Shown here: positions 50,410-61,033 of the stretch, piece by piece
Layout of the letters: the number at the start of each line of letters is the position of its first letter
Numbering within the stretch: position 1 is the stretch's first letter
Origin: Podarcis filfolensis
Lineage: Eukaryota
Assembly (NCBI GenBank): GCA_964270895.1
Contig: OZ185437.1
Reading direction: 5' to 3' (one strand)
Length of the DNA stretch: 64,000 bases
Notes under the pieces: generated by a model
What the model was told of the DNA's origin: nothing
Databases searched by the model: none
Seen by the model: the letters and a program-made list of their open reading frames with translations, nothing else
Program-made: the position numbers and the translations under genes

Positions 50410-51920
50410 CTTGAAGGGAAAAACGAAAACCGTCTTATGTATCCAAACATGGGAATAGTTTGCTAGACTAAACTGGTTATCACTAGAACTCCGATAATGG
50501 ACACATAGGGACCCATGCAAAACAAATTCCTGTTTTTACCCTCCCTCCCTCCCTCTCAGTCAGTCGCCCATATTTTCTGGCTTCATGGAGCTGGTCCAAG
50601 TTCAGCTGCCTCTTCTGCCACCCCCTCTTCTTGACTGGCGGATCACCTTTGCCCTTCCCTCAGGGAAAAGAAAAGGAAGGCTTTTTGTAAATTAGCACTG
50701 TTTAAAATGTGGGGGTCTGGGGAGGAGTCATGATTGTGGGATATTTAAAGTGCAGCCAAACCAACAATTCCTGTTTTGTTAGCTAGGCACATGATAGGAG
50801 CTGAAGCTCACAGTTTTCCTGTAAACTTGCTAGAGAAAACTCTGTGAGAGACACTCCCGCTGTGCCCGTATGCACCCTCTGACTCTGTTTCCATCTCTTG
50901 CCGCTGTGCCATCAACACGAGAACGTCTACAAAGTCTGAGCTTGGAGCTCAGACTACATTTTAAGCTAGACTTAAGTATGTCTTCATGACTGAATTACCA
51001 TTGTAAGCCTGCCTGAAGAAAGCTGCTGTATCTGTTCCTCTTCCGAGTGTGTAAATGTTATTTCTATCTTTTACAAGACTGTTTGTGCGGTTGTTATTTT
51101 AAGGGGCAGAAAAGGGGGAAATACCAGGAAAATCCAGTCTACCTTAAAGCATCCTGGATTACTTAAACTAAAAGGCTAAAACTCCCTATTTAAGCTTCCT
51201 TTTAAGCTGCAAAGGGATGGCACTGTGCTGAACTCACACACACGAGGAAGAAAGGGTAATATCTAATAAATATATCCTCTCCTAGTATCTATTGACAACC
51301 CAACAATGATGAGTCACAATCTCATGAAACTTGGGAAAAGCTACATTTTGTGCTTTAATTATATTTTGCATTACTTTTTAAATGTTGTGAGCTGCTTTGG
51401 GACACAATTTCTAGATGGAAAGCAGGGTAAAATAAAATACAGACGGAAAGAAAGCGCAGGTAGGAAGGATGAGGCTTGCTCAATGCCAGTTCAAGTACAG
51501 CCATAGTACAGCCATGCCTCCATGTCTGAGGATCTCCCCAATTTGGAAGCTTTTAATAAGTGGGCAGGTGCACCACCGCCGGCCATGTGCATTCTGAGGC
51601 AGCAGGGTCACATGAAGAATAAAGGCCGTCTCAGAGGCTAGGAAAGGACTGCACCGAGTAATTGCCTGATTGTTTGTTTGAGTTCCCTCTCCTGCCAAGG
51701 GAGCAAAGCACTGTTGATACATTCTGGTTGTACAATACATTTACAAGCATAGAAAATAGCAAGGCAAAAGGGGGTGAGATCGATGATAAATAAATTCTGG
51801 ATTGAAGTAATAAAGGTCCAGGGCAAGAGCACATGTATAGGCAGAAACTGTGAATGAATTAATCTTGAATATAAAGAAATACTGAGCAGTCAGTTGGGTA
51901 TATTTAAAAGATTGTCTTAC

Positions 51921-52105
51921 ACTGATGAAATTGGGTAAATCACCAATCATTGAGGTCCAGGTCAGTGTCCATATACTTTGATAACAATTGCTTGAGTCCT
52001 TAGATACCGAAAAGTCACTGGCATTCACATACTGAGCTGTGAAATTATCACTGTAGGCTTGCAGGAGCTTGCGGAGGTGATGGGCAGAGATGGATACTGG
52101 AATGC
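51921..52105 (-). CDS. PKHD1: PKHD1 exon 24 equivalent (185 bp)
   Basis: IPVSISAHHLRKLLQ...VNASDFSV...IWTLTWTSMIGDLPNFIS; ttccccag|GC ... AGT|gtaaga. Confidence 0.93.
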
Positions 52106-52979
52106 CTGGGGAAAGGATTATATAAAGTAACCTAAGTCAGTAACCAAGAAACCTTAGAGGAAGAATATGTGATTAAATAATGAAGTGCAAGTTTCATGAA
52201 ATGCGAACATATTGCATGAAACTGGTTGATGTGTTTGGCATATTGAAAGGGCTTTTTTGGTGTCTCAGCAGCAACACAGCTCTTTAGGGCTAATCTAGAC
52301 AAGTGATTTAGGTATGGAATTCTCTCAATCAGATAGAAAGTCGGGAGCTGGAGGAGGGAATGGCTAGAGAGAAGGTAGAGATCTGGTTTTAAAGCAAAGG
52401 GGTTGTGCAGTTGAGGAACACATTCCCTGTCCCCCAAAGCTTATTTTTCCCTTAGTTCCCATGCTCCAAGGACTGTTCTCCTAACAGGAGCTCTGAAACC
52501 AGAAGTGATCCTGAGAGAAAATTACTTAAAGACAGAGGCTGGATGAAGGTAAGTCACAGAGCAGCAGGGAAAGGGTTCTTTTTTAAACCAAAATCTAATC
52601 CCTAACCCCCCCCCCCCTTTGTGACATGACTGGAATAGTTTCATATTTAAATGCATGGAAGAGACACTTTTGTGATCTCTTTAACCCTGCATCTATCAAG
52701 TTTAAGTTTAGCTGATTTCTATGCCACTGTGCCCAACATGGCTCACAATCGGCATTAACCAAAATACAAAACATTTTTTAAAAATAAACCGTTCAAACAA
52801 GACAAAATAAGTGATTCAATAAGCATAGGACAAATGCAGTATTGCGGTGAAATATTCTAGAGTGAATAATAATGTGTAGAGAGCATAACCAGGAGTAACA
52901 GGCCAAGAAATAAATCTAAAGCTAGCCATGACTTCTTCCTGTAACTTCCAAAGATGGAGGCTGCATAGCCTCAGTTTAC

Positions 52980-53116
52980 CTGGTATCACAGTATTGGGCA
53001 GATGGATTCGAAAGGTTCCTCCAAGAGGTGGGCTTGCAGCCTGTATTCTTTGTACGGTCAGATTGATTTGGGCCTCACCCACGTTCCCTCCTGCTCCTTC
53101 CCAAGGCACAGCTCCT
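52980..53116 (-). CDS. PKHD1: PKHD1 exon 23 equivalent (137 bp)
   Basis: GAVPWEGAGGNVGEAQINLTVQRIQAASPPLGGTFRIHLPNTVIP; cacacag|A ... CCAG|gtaaac. Confidence 0.9.
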
Positions 53117-53199
53117 CTGTGTGAGAATGAAACCATGTAAACAGATACAGCTTCAAACATTTCAGGAGGGCGCAGAACAATTCTGAAACCAATTCCTAC

Positions 53200-53338
53200 C
53201 TCAGCAAGAAAAGAGGGAGAGTCTTGCAATAGTCGGCCATTAAGAAGGACACGTTATATACAGGCGAAGCACCAACCACTGACACGGATTCCACAAGATT
53301 CCCATGAGGACAAACTGGCTTTGGCTCTCTTTGAAAAA
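53200..53338 (-). CDS. PKHD1: PKHD1 exon 22 equivalent (139 bp)
   Basis: FQREPKPVCPHGNLVESVSVVGASPVYNVSFLMADYCKTLPLFLLR; ccttttcag|TT ... AG|gtagga; starts phase 1. Confidence 0.9.
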
Positions 53339-54262
53339 CTGAAAAGGAAATCATTTTTGGATAATATCAGGGGACGGAACCAAGAGTCTCACTTCCTGTG
53401 GCAGTCACAGGTTGTGGTTCATGATCACGCTAGGAATAAGCATGGCAAACACACATTCGTACACTGGAACAAGCTATGACTTCATTTGGGGTAGGGAAAG
53501 GATCTCGTCTTCAGTTCCACTCAGTCCTTGCTGTTGGAATGCTATTCCTGCCATCAGTTAGGAAACACCCAAAGCACCCATGGGAGTTTGCCAGTGTTGG
53601 ACTCCAACGTGGTGTCGGCCAGGCATCCAGGTCCCTCTGGGCAGCCAGGAGGAGGGGTTGATGCAAGGACAGACCCCTCCTCACTCCTCTTATTGGGGGG
53701 AGTCACCCCTTATGACGTGATCCTGCCCAATGTCATTTCCACCCAAAATCATGAAGAATTAAAGTATGCCTAACAAAGAGGGAATCACTGAATCCTTTTG
53801 TGACATCATAAACAGATACCAATTGAGGCATTTTGATGAGACTTTTTAGCCTGAAAGAGCTGAGCCTTCCACAAGGGCAGGTGTGAAAAATACTGGCATT
53901 ATTTCCAGCTCTCCTAACCCATTATTAGGATATGGGTGAGCATCTTAAGTTACAACATTATAAAATGCACTGATTTTGCCACACATACAGTGGTACAAAC
54001 CACAGAGGCAATGGCATAGAAAGGACACTGCGTGAAAAGTATACAGAACAAAAGAGACATACTGCAGATATCTCTTAATGTCCATAATATATTAGGAATG
54101 AATATTTATGGACCTGACCAACACGAGCTACCAGTGAATGGAGAGCTCTTATATATTCAAATGTGTATTCGCCTCGACTTTTCATCCCGCCTGAATTCTG
54201 AGTGCTCAGAAGGTTTTTGGAGCAGCCACACAGATTCTATTGTTCTTACAGAGCCACTAAAG

Positions 54263-54398
54263 CAGGCACAGGCAACCGCGGCCCTCCAGATGTTTTGGGA
54301 CTACAACTCCCATCATCCCTAGCTAACAGGACCGGTGGTCAAGGGTGATGGGAGTTATAGTCCCAAAATATATGGAGGGCCAAGTTTGCCTATGCCTG
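54263..54398. mobile_element. URR1-like hAT MITE
   Basis: CAGGCACAGGCAA ... TTGCCTATGCCTG; GGGACTACAACTCCCATCATCCC core; TSD CACTAAAG. Confidence 0.9.
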
Positions 54399-54453
54399 CA
54401 CTAAAGTATTCTGCTGACATAAAGATATTTTGAATGTAAAAAGACAATGTTAC

Positions 54454-54544
54454 CTTGCTCAAATCCTTCCTGCAGAATAATTTTGGCAGACGATGGCTGT
54501 GTTTCACATTTTAAAGAAAGAAGATCCTCTAGCTCTCTCTGGAG
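54454..54544 (-). CDS. PKHD1: PKHD1 exon 18 equivalent (91 bp)
   Basis: LQRELEDLLSLKCETQPSSAKIILQEGFEQ(G); tctgcag|CTC ... CAAG|gtaaca; ends phase 1. Confidence 0.88.
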
Positions 54545-55190
54545 CTGCAGATATTAAAAGAGGAATGGAAGAGCAAATAAGAGCAAAGCCATGCGCACAG
54601 GTGAATTTAGATAGGGGAAACAGCATGGGGGTAAGGGTTAAAACTAGGAGACAATGCCTTTTAAGGTTGTTTTTTTAAAAATCACCCTAAGCGACTTCAT
54701 TTGAACATGTGAATACAGTTTCAGAGACCAATACATACAATGTCTTTTGCTCTACATTTATTGGGTTTTAAAAGGTGAGCATACTTTGCATACCCATTAT
54801 TTCAATAGAAAGTGTGACTTGTAGGGAAACTTGTCACATAGAAAATCATAACCTAAGAGGCATAGCAAATACCATAGTTTATTTTCACAATCCAAGAGAA
54901 ATCTTTGTATTCTGCATTTTTTTTACAATTTCTCATATAACAATGACAAAAATGAAATATCTTTTCTAGCAATTTAGAAGTTTCTGGTAATTTAGCTTTT
55001 GGAAAATATTCATGTATTGATTGTACAGCCATTCCTGAAACAATAAAATTTTAAATTGTGCTTTGCTCTTATCACCCATAAGAGCCTTTGCACTTGACAG
55101 GAATTGTACTGTTCTTCTATGTAACGGGGCATCAGAAAGCCACAATTTTATTACAGTTTTTGAAATATTTTGAAATATTTTTAAAATAAA

Positions 55191-55229
<39 letters not shown>
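55191..55229. repeat. (ATT)n microsatellite
   Basis: About 13 units. Confidence 0.95.
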
Positions 55230-55232
<3 letters not shown>

Positions 55233-56014
55233 TGAATTTATATACCCAGAGAATAGAAAACCACAAAATACATAATCAAAATAAAAACAACAACCCAAAA
55301 ACTCCCCACCCCAAAAAAACACATTTTAAAAGGGCATACAAGCCTCAGCTGTCTAAACATCATGCCCTCTATTTAACCTTTGCTCTCTCTCTCTCTCTTT
55401 TTTAAAAATAATTTTTATTAAGTACAAATTAGAAAACATACATATTTACAACAAAAGAAAATACAAAGGAAAAAGAAAACACATATAACCAAGGAAAAAA
55501 ATTAGAGAATACTTTGCCTCTTTTCATATTTACAGTTATTTATACCTCTATAAAATGCTATTCACAATAAAGGAGTGAAATGAAAGATATCAGAAAAAAG
55601 AAAAAAAGAACAAAGAAAAAATAAAGAAGTAAAAGAAAAGGATCATTGCTCTCTTAGTGGTCTGCCGTGCCCTGTCTGTGACCTTTGTCTCCTTCATCAT
55701 ACATTGTGCAAGGGGAAAGCGATGCAGTGGAAACAGGTGCCAAAATAACTTTGAACCTCCCCATGATTGCGTGATTGGAAGATGTAAAGGGCACAGCCCA
55801 AAATGTATCTGACTGGTTTTGCATATTGTGCTAATAAAAAGAGCTTCAGCAGAGCTAGCTGGCAGCTTGCCTGTGCACAGCTCACCTGCATTGCCAACTC
55901 CTGCCTCATGCCTTCACTTCACATACGATCCTCACAACACTTAAAGTAAGACAGTTAACAAACCTGGACAAGAGCACTGACTGAAAAGACCATGATCTTA
56001 GAAATGTTTGCAAG

Positions 56015-56405
56015 AAGACCAGAAGATGCCATAAATCAAATCAGACCACTGGTCCATCTACCCCCCTATCGTCTACTCTGATTGGTTGTGGCTCTCTAGG
56101 GTTTCAGACATAGGACAGTCCCGGCCTTACCTGGAGAGGTCAGGGATTGAAGCTGAAGTCTTTTGTATGCAAAACATGTGTCCTACCACTGAGCCATGAC
56201 CTTCCCCAATATTCCGTGTTGAAAATCACATTTCATATCACAATATTTTCCTGACCCTTAAGTTATTGGTCCTGAGTTTATTACATTCAGAAGAGCCAAA
56301 AAGTCCCATGTTTAATTCCAAGCATCTCCAGGTAGGATTGCAAAGACTCCTGCCTGAAACCCAAGAGATCCACTGTCGTTGAAGGTCAAGAATACTGAAC
56401 GAGAT
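56015..56405. mobile_element. Two decayed tRNA/CR1-tail SINE copies in opposite orientation
   Basis: About 56015-56200 (-): CCTGGAGAGGTCAGGGATTGAA...CTACCACTGAGCCA; about 56290-56405 (+): AAAAGTCCCATGTTTAATTCCAAGCATCTCCAGGTAGG. Confidence 0.55.
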
Positions 56406-56537
56406 TGGCCCATACATAGCTGGATTTTGAGAATTTCTCCATGCTGATAAATGACGCTCAGAAAGTATCTTGTAATACCCTCCCAATGATTCTATAACCA
56501 AAAGGATTTATTGACCTGCAGCTGTAATTCGACTTAC

Positions 56538-56627
56538 TTGTTCAGCTGTAATATTTGTTGACATAAGGTTGGTGGTGACATTGTCCCAGGCAAGTCTGAA
56601 CCATCCTGTACCAGATAGTATCAGCAT
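56538..56627 (-). CDS. PKHD1: PKHD1 exon 17 equivalent (90 bp)
   Basis: MLILSGTGWFRLAWDNVTTNLMSTNITAEQ; ctttatag|ATG ... CAA|gtaagt. Confidence 0.9.
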
Positions 56628-57377
56628 CTATAAAGCAGAAAGACCCTTGCAAAGTATGAGTATTTATTTCATAGTGGTATTAATATGGAAACTTGAAAAA
56701 ATTATTTCATACATTGTAGAGTTGGAAGGGACCACGAAGACAACCTTTCACAGTTGTCACTTAGAGTTCCCAACATTCACCTTAACTACAACATCAATGT
56801 GATCGCTGTCATTGAAAATTAACTCCATAAAATCTGTAGACCCATTCTATTTAGCAGCCACTGAAAAAGCACTTCTAGAATTAAGTCAGTGGTTATTATA
56901 TAATTCAGGCCAGCCATGAATCCTAGCACAAAGAAATACTAGTTTTGAATGTGATAATCCCATCAGATCCCTAGCTCTTCTATAGATTTTGCCCAACGAG
57001 GAACTCAAAGAGACTTGGAGACAACTCTTTCACAATCTTTTTTAAAAAAACAGCAACAATAAAGTTCCCATAAATTGTCTTATTCGGGAACCAGTGAACT
57101 AAATGTTTTCAACACGCGTTGATATTTCCTGGCTCAATCCATTTTTGATTACTTTTGAGTATGTGGTCAAATGGTCACAAACGTCAATCCACAGGGAACT
57201 CAACCAACATTTGTTCAGCAGTAAAAAAAACAGGTTTCCCACGAGAAAGCAGCAAGACCAAAAGGGGGGAAAACCCACCTCTCAGGAACATGACTAGAAA
57301 TCACTTGAAATTGTGGGAAGGGCCCAGAATCACAACTCCTATGAATATGAGGCTCAGCTCACAACCATGAGACTAAC

Positions 57378-57653
57378 CTGTACTTCAGGAAGCCTAACTG
57401 CACAGGCATGTATTTTGTGCTTCTCTCTGCGGTAGGTATTAACCACACTGGGATTCAGCCAAGTATTGTGAATCTGGACTCCAACTCTCATTCCATTCTT
57501 TGGCGACTTCCCATGATGCACAGCTTCCAGATAGTACACTGAACCACCAGTAAGCTCAAATTTCTCAGATTTTGGCTTCCAGGGATGGCTCCAGTTCTCC
57601 TCCCAATGCGCTGACCATTCAGGAATCCCAGCAGGAATAGATGCAATTTCCAC
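57378..57653 (-). CDS. PKHD1: PKHD1 exon 16 equivalent (276 bp)
   Basis: VEIASIPAG...GGSVYYLEAVHHG...GMRVGVQIHNTWLNPSVV...RLPEVQ; aaacag|GTG ... CAG|gttagt. Confidence 0.95.
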
Positions 57654-58384
57654 CTGTTTTCAAGTAGGCGACAGCCGTTATTCATTGCATTTACACCCAC
57701 CTTTTCCTGCAAGGAGCTCAAAGTGGCATGGACGGTTCTTTCCCTCCTCAATTAATCCCCAAATGTCATGACACTGGGTACCTGTCTTAATTTCAGCTGG
57801 TAATTAATTCCAGACAGCTGGAGATGCAACACTAAAAGCCTGGTTTCTAATACAAACTAAGCGCACCTGTAGGTGGTCAGAGTAGCCAGATGTGTATTTG
57901 GCTAAATAACAGATCTGTTACTTAGCTAACAGTAACCTGTGAATGGCTTGGAAGAAAAATGGGTTTACATCCCTCAATGAGGGAACGTAAGAGCTCTTAA
58001 GGTCGTTCAAAACATAAGCAGTCACATCAGCAGTCTGTCAAAGGAGCTTTCTAATTCCAGCTCATTTTGAAAATGAATGGCACTAAATATTAGGCAGAAG
58101 ATCCATTGTGTTCATGAATTTGTCTTTTGGGGAATGGGCACCACTTTAACAAAACATCACCAGACTAGAATTTTGGATCATGCATGTCACACATTTTGAC
58201 AGCACCTCTGAAGACAGGTGCTCATCCACACTGCACTTTCCAGGCACAAAACTGTGTTTTAATGCTCAGAAGCTATACTTCTATCCAGCTTGAATATCAA
58301 GAAAGTCACCTCTCAACTGTCCTCTCTCTAAGGGCGGATCTGCACTCTTGGATTATAATGTTAGAAATGTCATATTAAAATGTG

Positions 58385-58599
58385 ACACTAGAGGGCGCTG
58401 CAGAGCAGTGAGCCACTGGCAAACTGCCATTAAACATTATAGAACATTATATTTAATAACATTTAAAAGATCAATGTAGATCCAGCCCAACTCTCTCTCC
58501 TGCTTTTCCTTTTCCCTTCCAAAGTGCTGACTCCGCCCACCTCTGGTGAGCTGCACCAGCAGCCAATCAGAGGGAGGCTACAGCTCGGCCCTCTGGTGG
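58385..58599. promoter_or_regulatory. Convergent pair of CTCF-like motifs
   Basis: ACACTAGAGGGCGC (+, 58385-58398) and CCACCAGAGGGC (-, 58588-58599); GC box and CCAAT lie between them. Confidence 0.45.
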
Positions 58600-58971
58600 A
58601 ATTCCGTGGCACTGCACCACCAAACTGGTCCAGCTGAGCTTTCCATCACAGAGGTTGATAATTTATTTTGATATCTGGTATATTGGTCTTGTCCAAAACC
58701 CTTTCATTCCAAAGAGGACAAGAAGCTGGAGGTTAACTCTCCTCATTTTTTATATTGTATGTTTTGTCAAAAGTATTGAGAGGCATGGTGAAAGTGCATA
58801 CTACTTCTGTTGAACCACAACTGCAGAATACATTGCCACATGTCTAATGAGTTTTAGGACACTATTAAAGGCCTTCTCATTCAATTTCTTTCTGTTCCAC
58901 CAAACCTTCCATGAAATTATTGGCGAAGCTGTTCAAACTGCTATTTTCTAGCCTGCATCATACATCACTTT

Positions 58972-59280
58972 AAACCATAGTTAAACTCAGCCAAACTCTT
59001 CCCCTGTTACACTGCTTTGAACTAAACCATGGGCTTAATGTTATGTCCAAACATTGGCTTAAGGCTTGTTTCTTTCCAAACGCTGAGCTTCCAACCAAGG
59101 TTTGCTCTTGGCTTATCACTTACAGTTTGTTTGGTGGAAACAAACCACAAGCTTGGTTTCAGACATAACACTAACCATGGCTCAGCTCCACGTAGCCCTG
59201 GAGGAGCAGAGTGCTCACAGCAGCATGCACCAGCACACTGCACATGCGCCTGTATATCAGTTCAAACTATGGTTTAAGGT
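58972..59280. mobile_element. Palindromic MITE-like repeat (unclassified)
   Basis: AAACCATAGTT ... AACTATGGTTT ends; internal AACCATGG inverted repeats. Confidence 0.5.
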
Positions 59281-60184
59281 AACAAGCAAACAAGGCTCCT
59301 GTAATCTGCTCCTTAACGTTTTGCTGGTCCATTTCTATTGGCTGCTAAATGGTTTTATGTATCATTTATGTGCCACAAATCAGTTTTAATGAACATATCA
59401 GAGTGCTCTGTAAATGACAGCTAAAGCCTTTATATATCAACCTTTTGGGCTCTTCCACACCTGCCCAATGTTCCTGGCCCTTCTTTTGGATTCTTTTAGC
59501 TTCTTTTAAATTCTTATAGACTTTTATATTCACCTTGTGTTTTAATACCTTTTAGCTTTCTAAAGCGCTTTTTAGATTTTAAATGCTGGTCTCTGACCGT
59601 AATAAAGATTTGTATTGTATTGTATGTGTCATTTTAATATATGGCATTTTGATTATTCAACTCAGATTTTTTTAAAAAGATGTTGTATACTCATTTTATA
59701 AAAATAAAATCTGACGGGCTAGGTGCATTTAGCCCTATTTTTCCTTCTGAAAACCAAAGGTACTGCCTACACATTTTCATATAGCAACATATCCTGAAGA
59801 TCATGGTCACTACCCAAATGCAAGTGATTATTTCCTACAGTTTCTCAATCATGGAAAGAAGCAGAGTCCGCACATTCTCTATTATGTCTTGTCCATTTCA
59901 ACAAAAAAAAGCTGGTGTAATGAATCAAAACATGGCTGGGACATTAATTCAAGTAGAAACCAGCATTTTCTCTGTATAATAATGGCGCCAATCCCAGTGA
60001 TACCTTTAGAAGACCATTAATAGGGGCCCAAATATTGGCTCATTATAGGATGACCAGAATTCCAGAAATTCATTTTTATTTCAGCCATGACAACAGCTAT
60101 TTCCCCCTCCTTCAACACAAGGCTAGATGGGTGGGACCTTACTGTGATTTCACCCTGAAGGAAATATCTCACAGTTAAGCATTA

Positions 60185-60343
60185 TTACGTACTTCACTGG
60201 ACTATTGTTCCACCCAGCCAATCACAGCACCCGGAGCCGGTCCCTCATTTGAATGCCTCCCACTATATAAGAGCACAGCTGGAGTGAGGTCACTGTCACT
60301 TGCAGTAGGACAGCTAAGCTGAAGGCAGAGAAACAGCAAAGCC
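60185..60343 (+). promoter_or_regulatory. Candidate core promoter and 5' UTR of the basic-protein ORF
   Basis: CCAAT 60218-60222, octamer-like ATTTGAAT 60247-60254, TATATAAG 60264-60271, ATG at 60344. Confidence 0.6.
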
Positions 60344-61033
60344 ATGTCTGCTGTCCAAAGACGTAGGAAGGCTTACTACCAGAGAAGGAGGCAGAAGAGA
60401 TCCCGGAAGATCCTGAGCAGACGAAGGCGGCTACATTCCAGGCGAAAGAAGAAAGCGAGGACAAGACGCATAGTGAGGTATGCAAGGAGTCACTATCAAA
60501 AGAGGCGCCAGCCCATGTCCCGGTATTTTGACAGGCGGATGAGGGCCAACGTCCTTTCAGCCCACAAGGCCAAGCACACCATGTGCTCCCAGAGGAGTAA
60601 AGCCTACAGCAGGAAGCCCTCACGGATGGGCAGGCCAAGGAATAAGAAGCATTACACTCGGACTCGCTCAGGCCTTCTGCATGCCAAACTAAAGAAGAGG
60701 GCTGCGATCAAGGCTAAACTCAAGAAGGCCCTCAAGAAACATGCTAGGCGTACAGGTACTTCTGCTCTGAAGAAAGCCCAAAGAAAGCCACGTCGAACTG
60801 AGAATGATATTTTCTACAGTTTGGCCAACCCTTCCATGCCAAAAGCAGCGTCGCCATCAGAGGACCGGCAGACAAAGAAACAGTCTGTCCGCTTCACCAC
60901 CCCTGGCAACCCAAAGAACAAGGAGATGGAGCAACAGGAAGATCTCTCCACTGATAACCAATCAAGCCAGCAAACAGTGACACCCAAGAAACGTGGCCGG
61001 CATGCAGGCACGTCTGTTTGCAAAAGCCGCTAA
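60344..61033 (+). CDS. Intronless Arg/Lys-rich protamine-like / H1-tail-like basic protein (229 aa), nested antisense in PKHD1 intron 15
   Basis: gccATG start; by hand count 43 R + 33 K of 229 aa, with 32 of the first 67 residues basic; AK/KK-rich middle; C-terminal TPKKRGR; upstream CCAAT and TATA boxes. Confidence 0.72.
   Translation: MSAVQRRRKAYYQRRRQKRSRKILSRRRRLHSRRKKKARTRRIVRYARSHYQKRRQPMSRYFDRRMRANVLSAHKAKHTMCSQRSKAYSRKPSRMGRPRNKKHYTRTRSGLLHAKLKKRAAIKAKLKKALKKHARRTGTSALKKAQRKPRRTENDIFYSLANPSMPKAASPSEDRQTKKQSVRFTTPGNPKNKEMEQQEDLSTDNQSSQQTVTPKKRGRHAGTSVCKSR

Noticed and set aside
53790-53910. CPCGRLS as a remnant or intact copy of PKHD1 exon 19
   Set aside because: Weak similarity, in-frame stops just upstream, no pyrimidine-rich acceptor and no matching donor; at most a relic.
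55680-55830. Open minus-strand segment as an extra PKHD1 exon between exons 17 and 18
   Set aside because: No similarity to fibrocystin, weak donor; exons 17 and 18 already join in phase.
60222-60638. 138-aa minus-strand ORF and other ORFs overlapping the basic gene
   Set aside because: Antisense shadows of the plus-strand ORF with no recognisable content.
60344-61033. Basic ORF as an endogenous circovirus/anellovirus capsid or hepadnavirus core
   Set aside because: No beta-rich jelly-roll-like region follows the Arg-rich start, no Rep or Pol ORF is nearby, and a cellular-type promoter is present. Not formally excluded without a database search.
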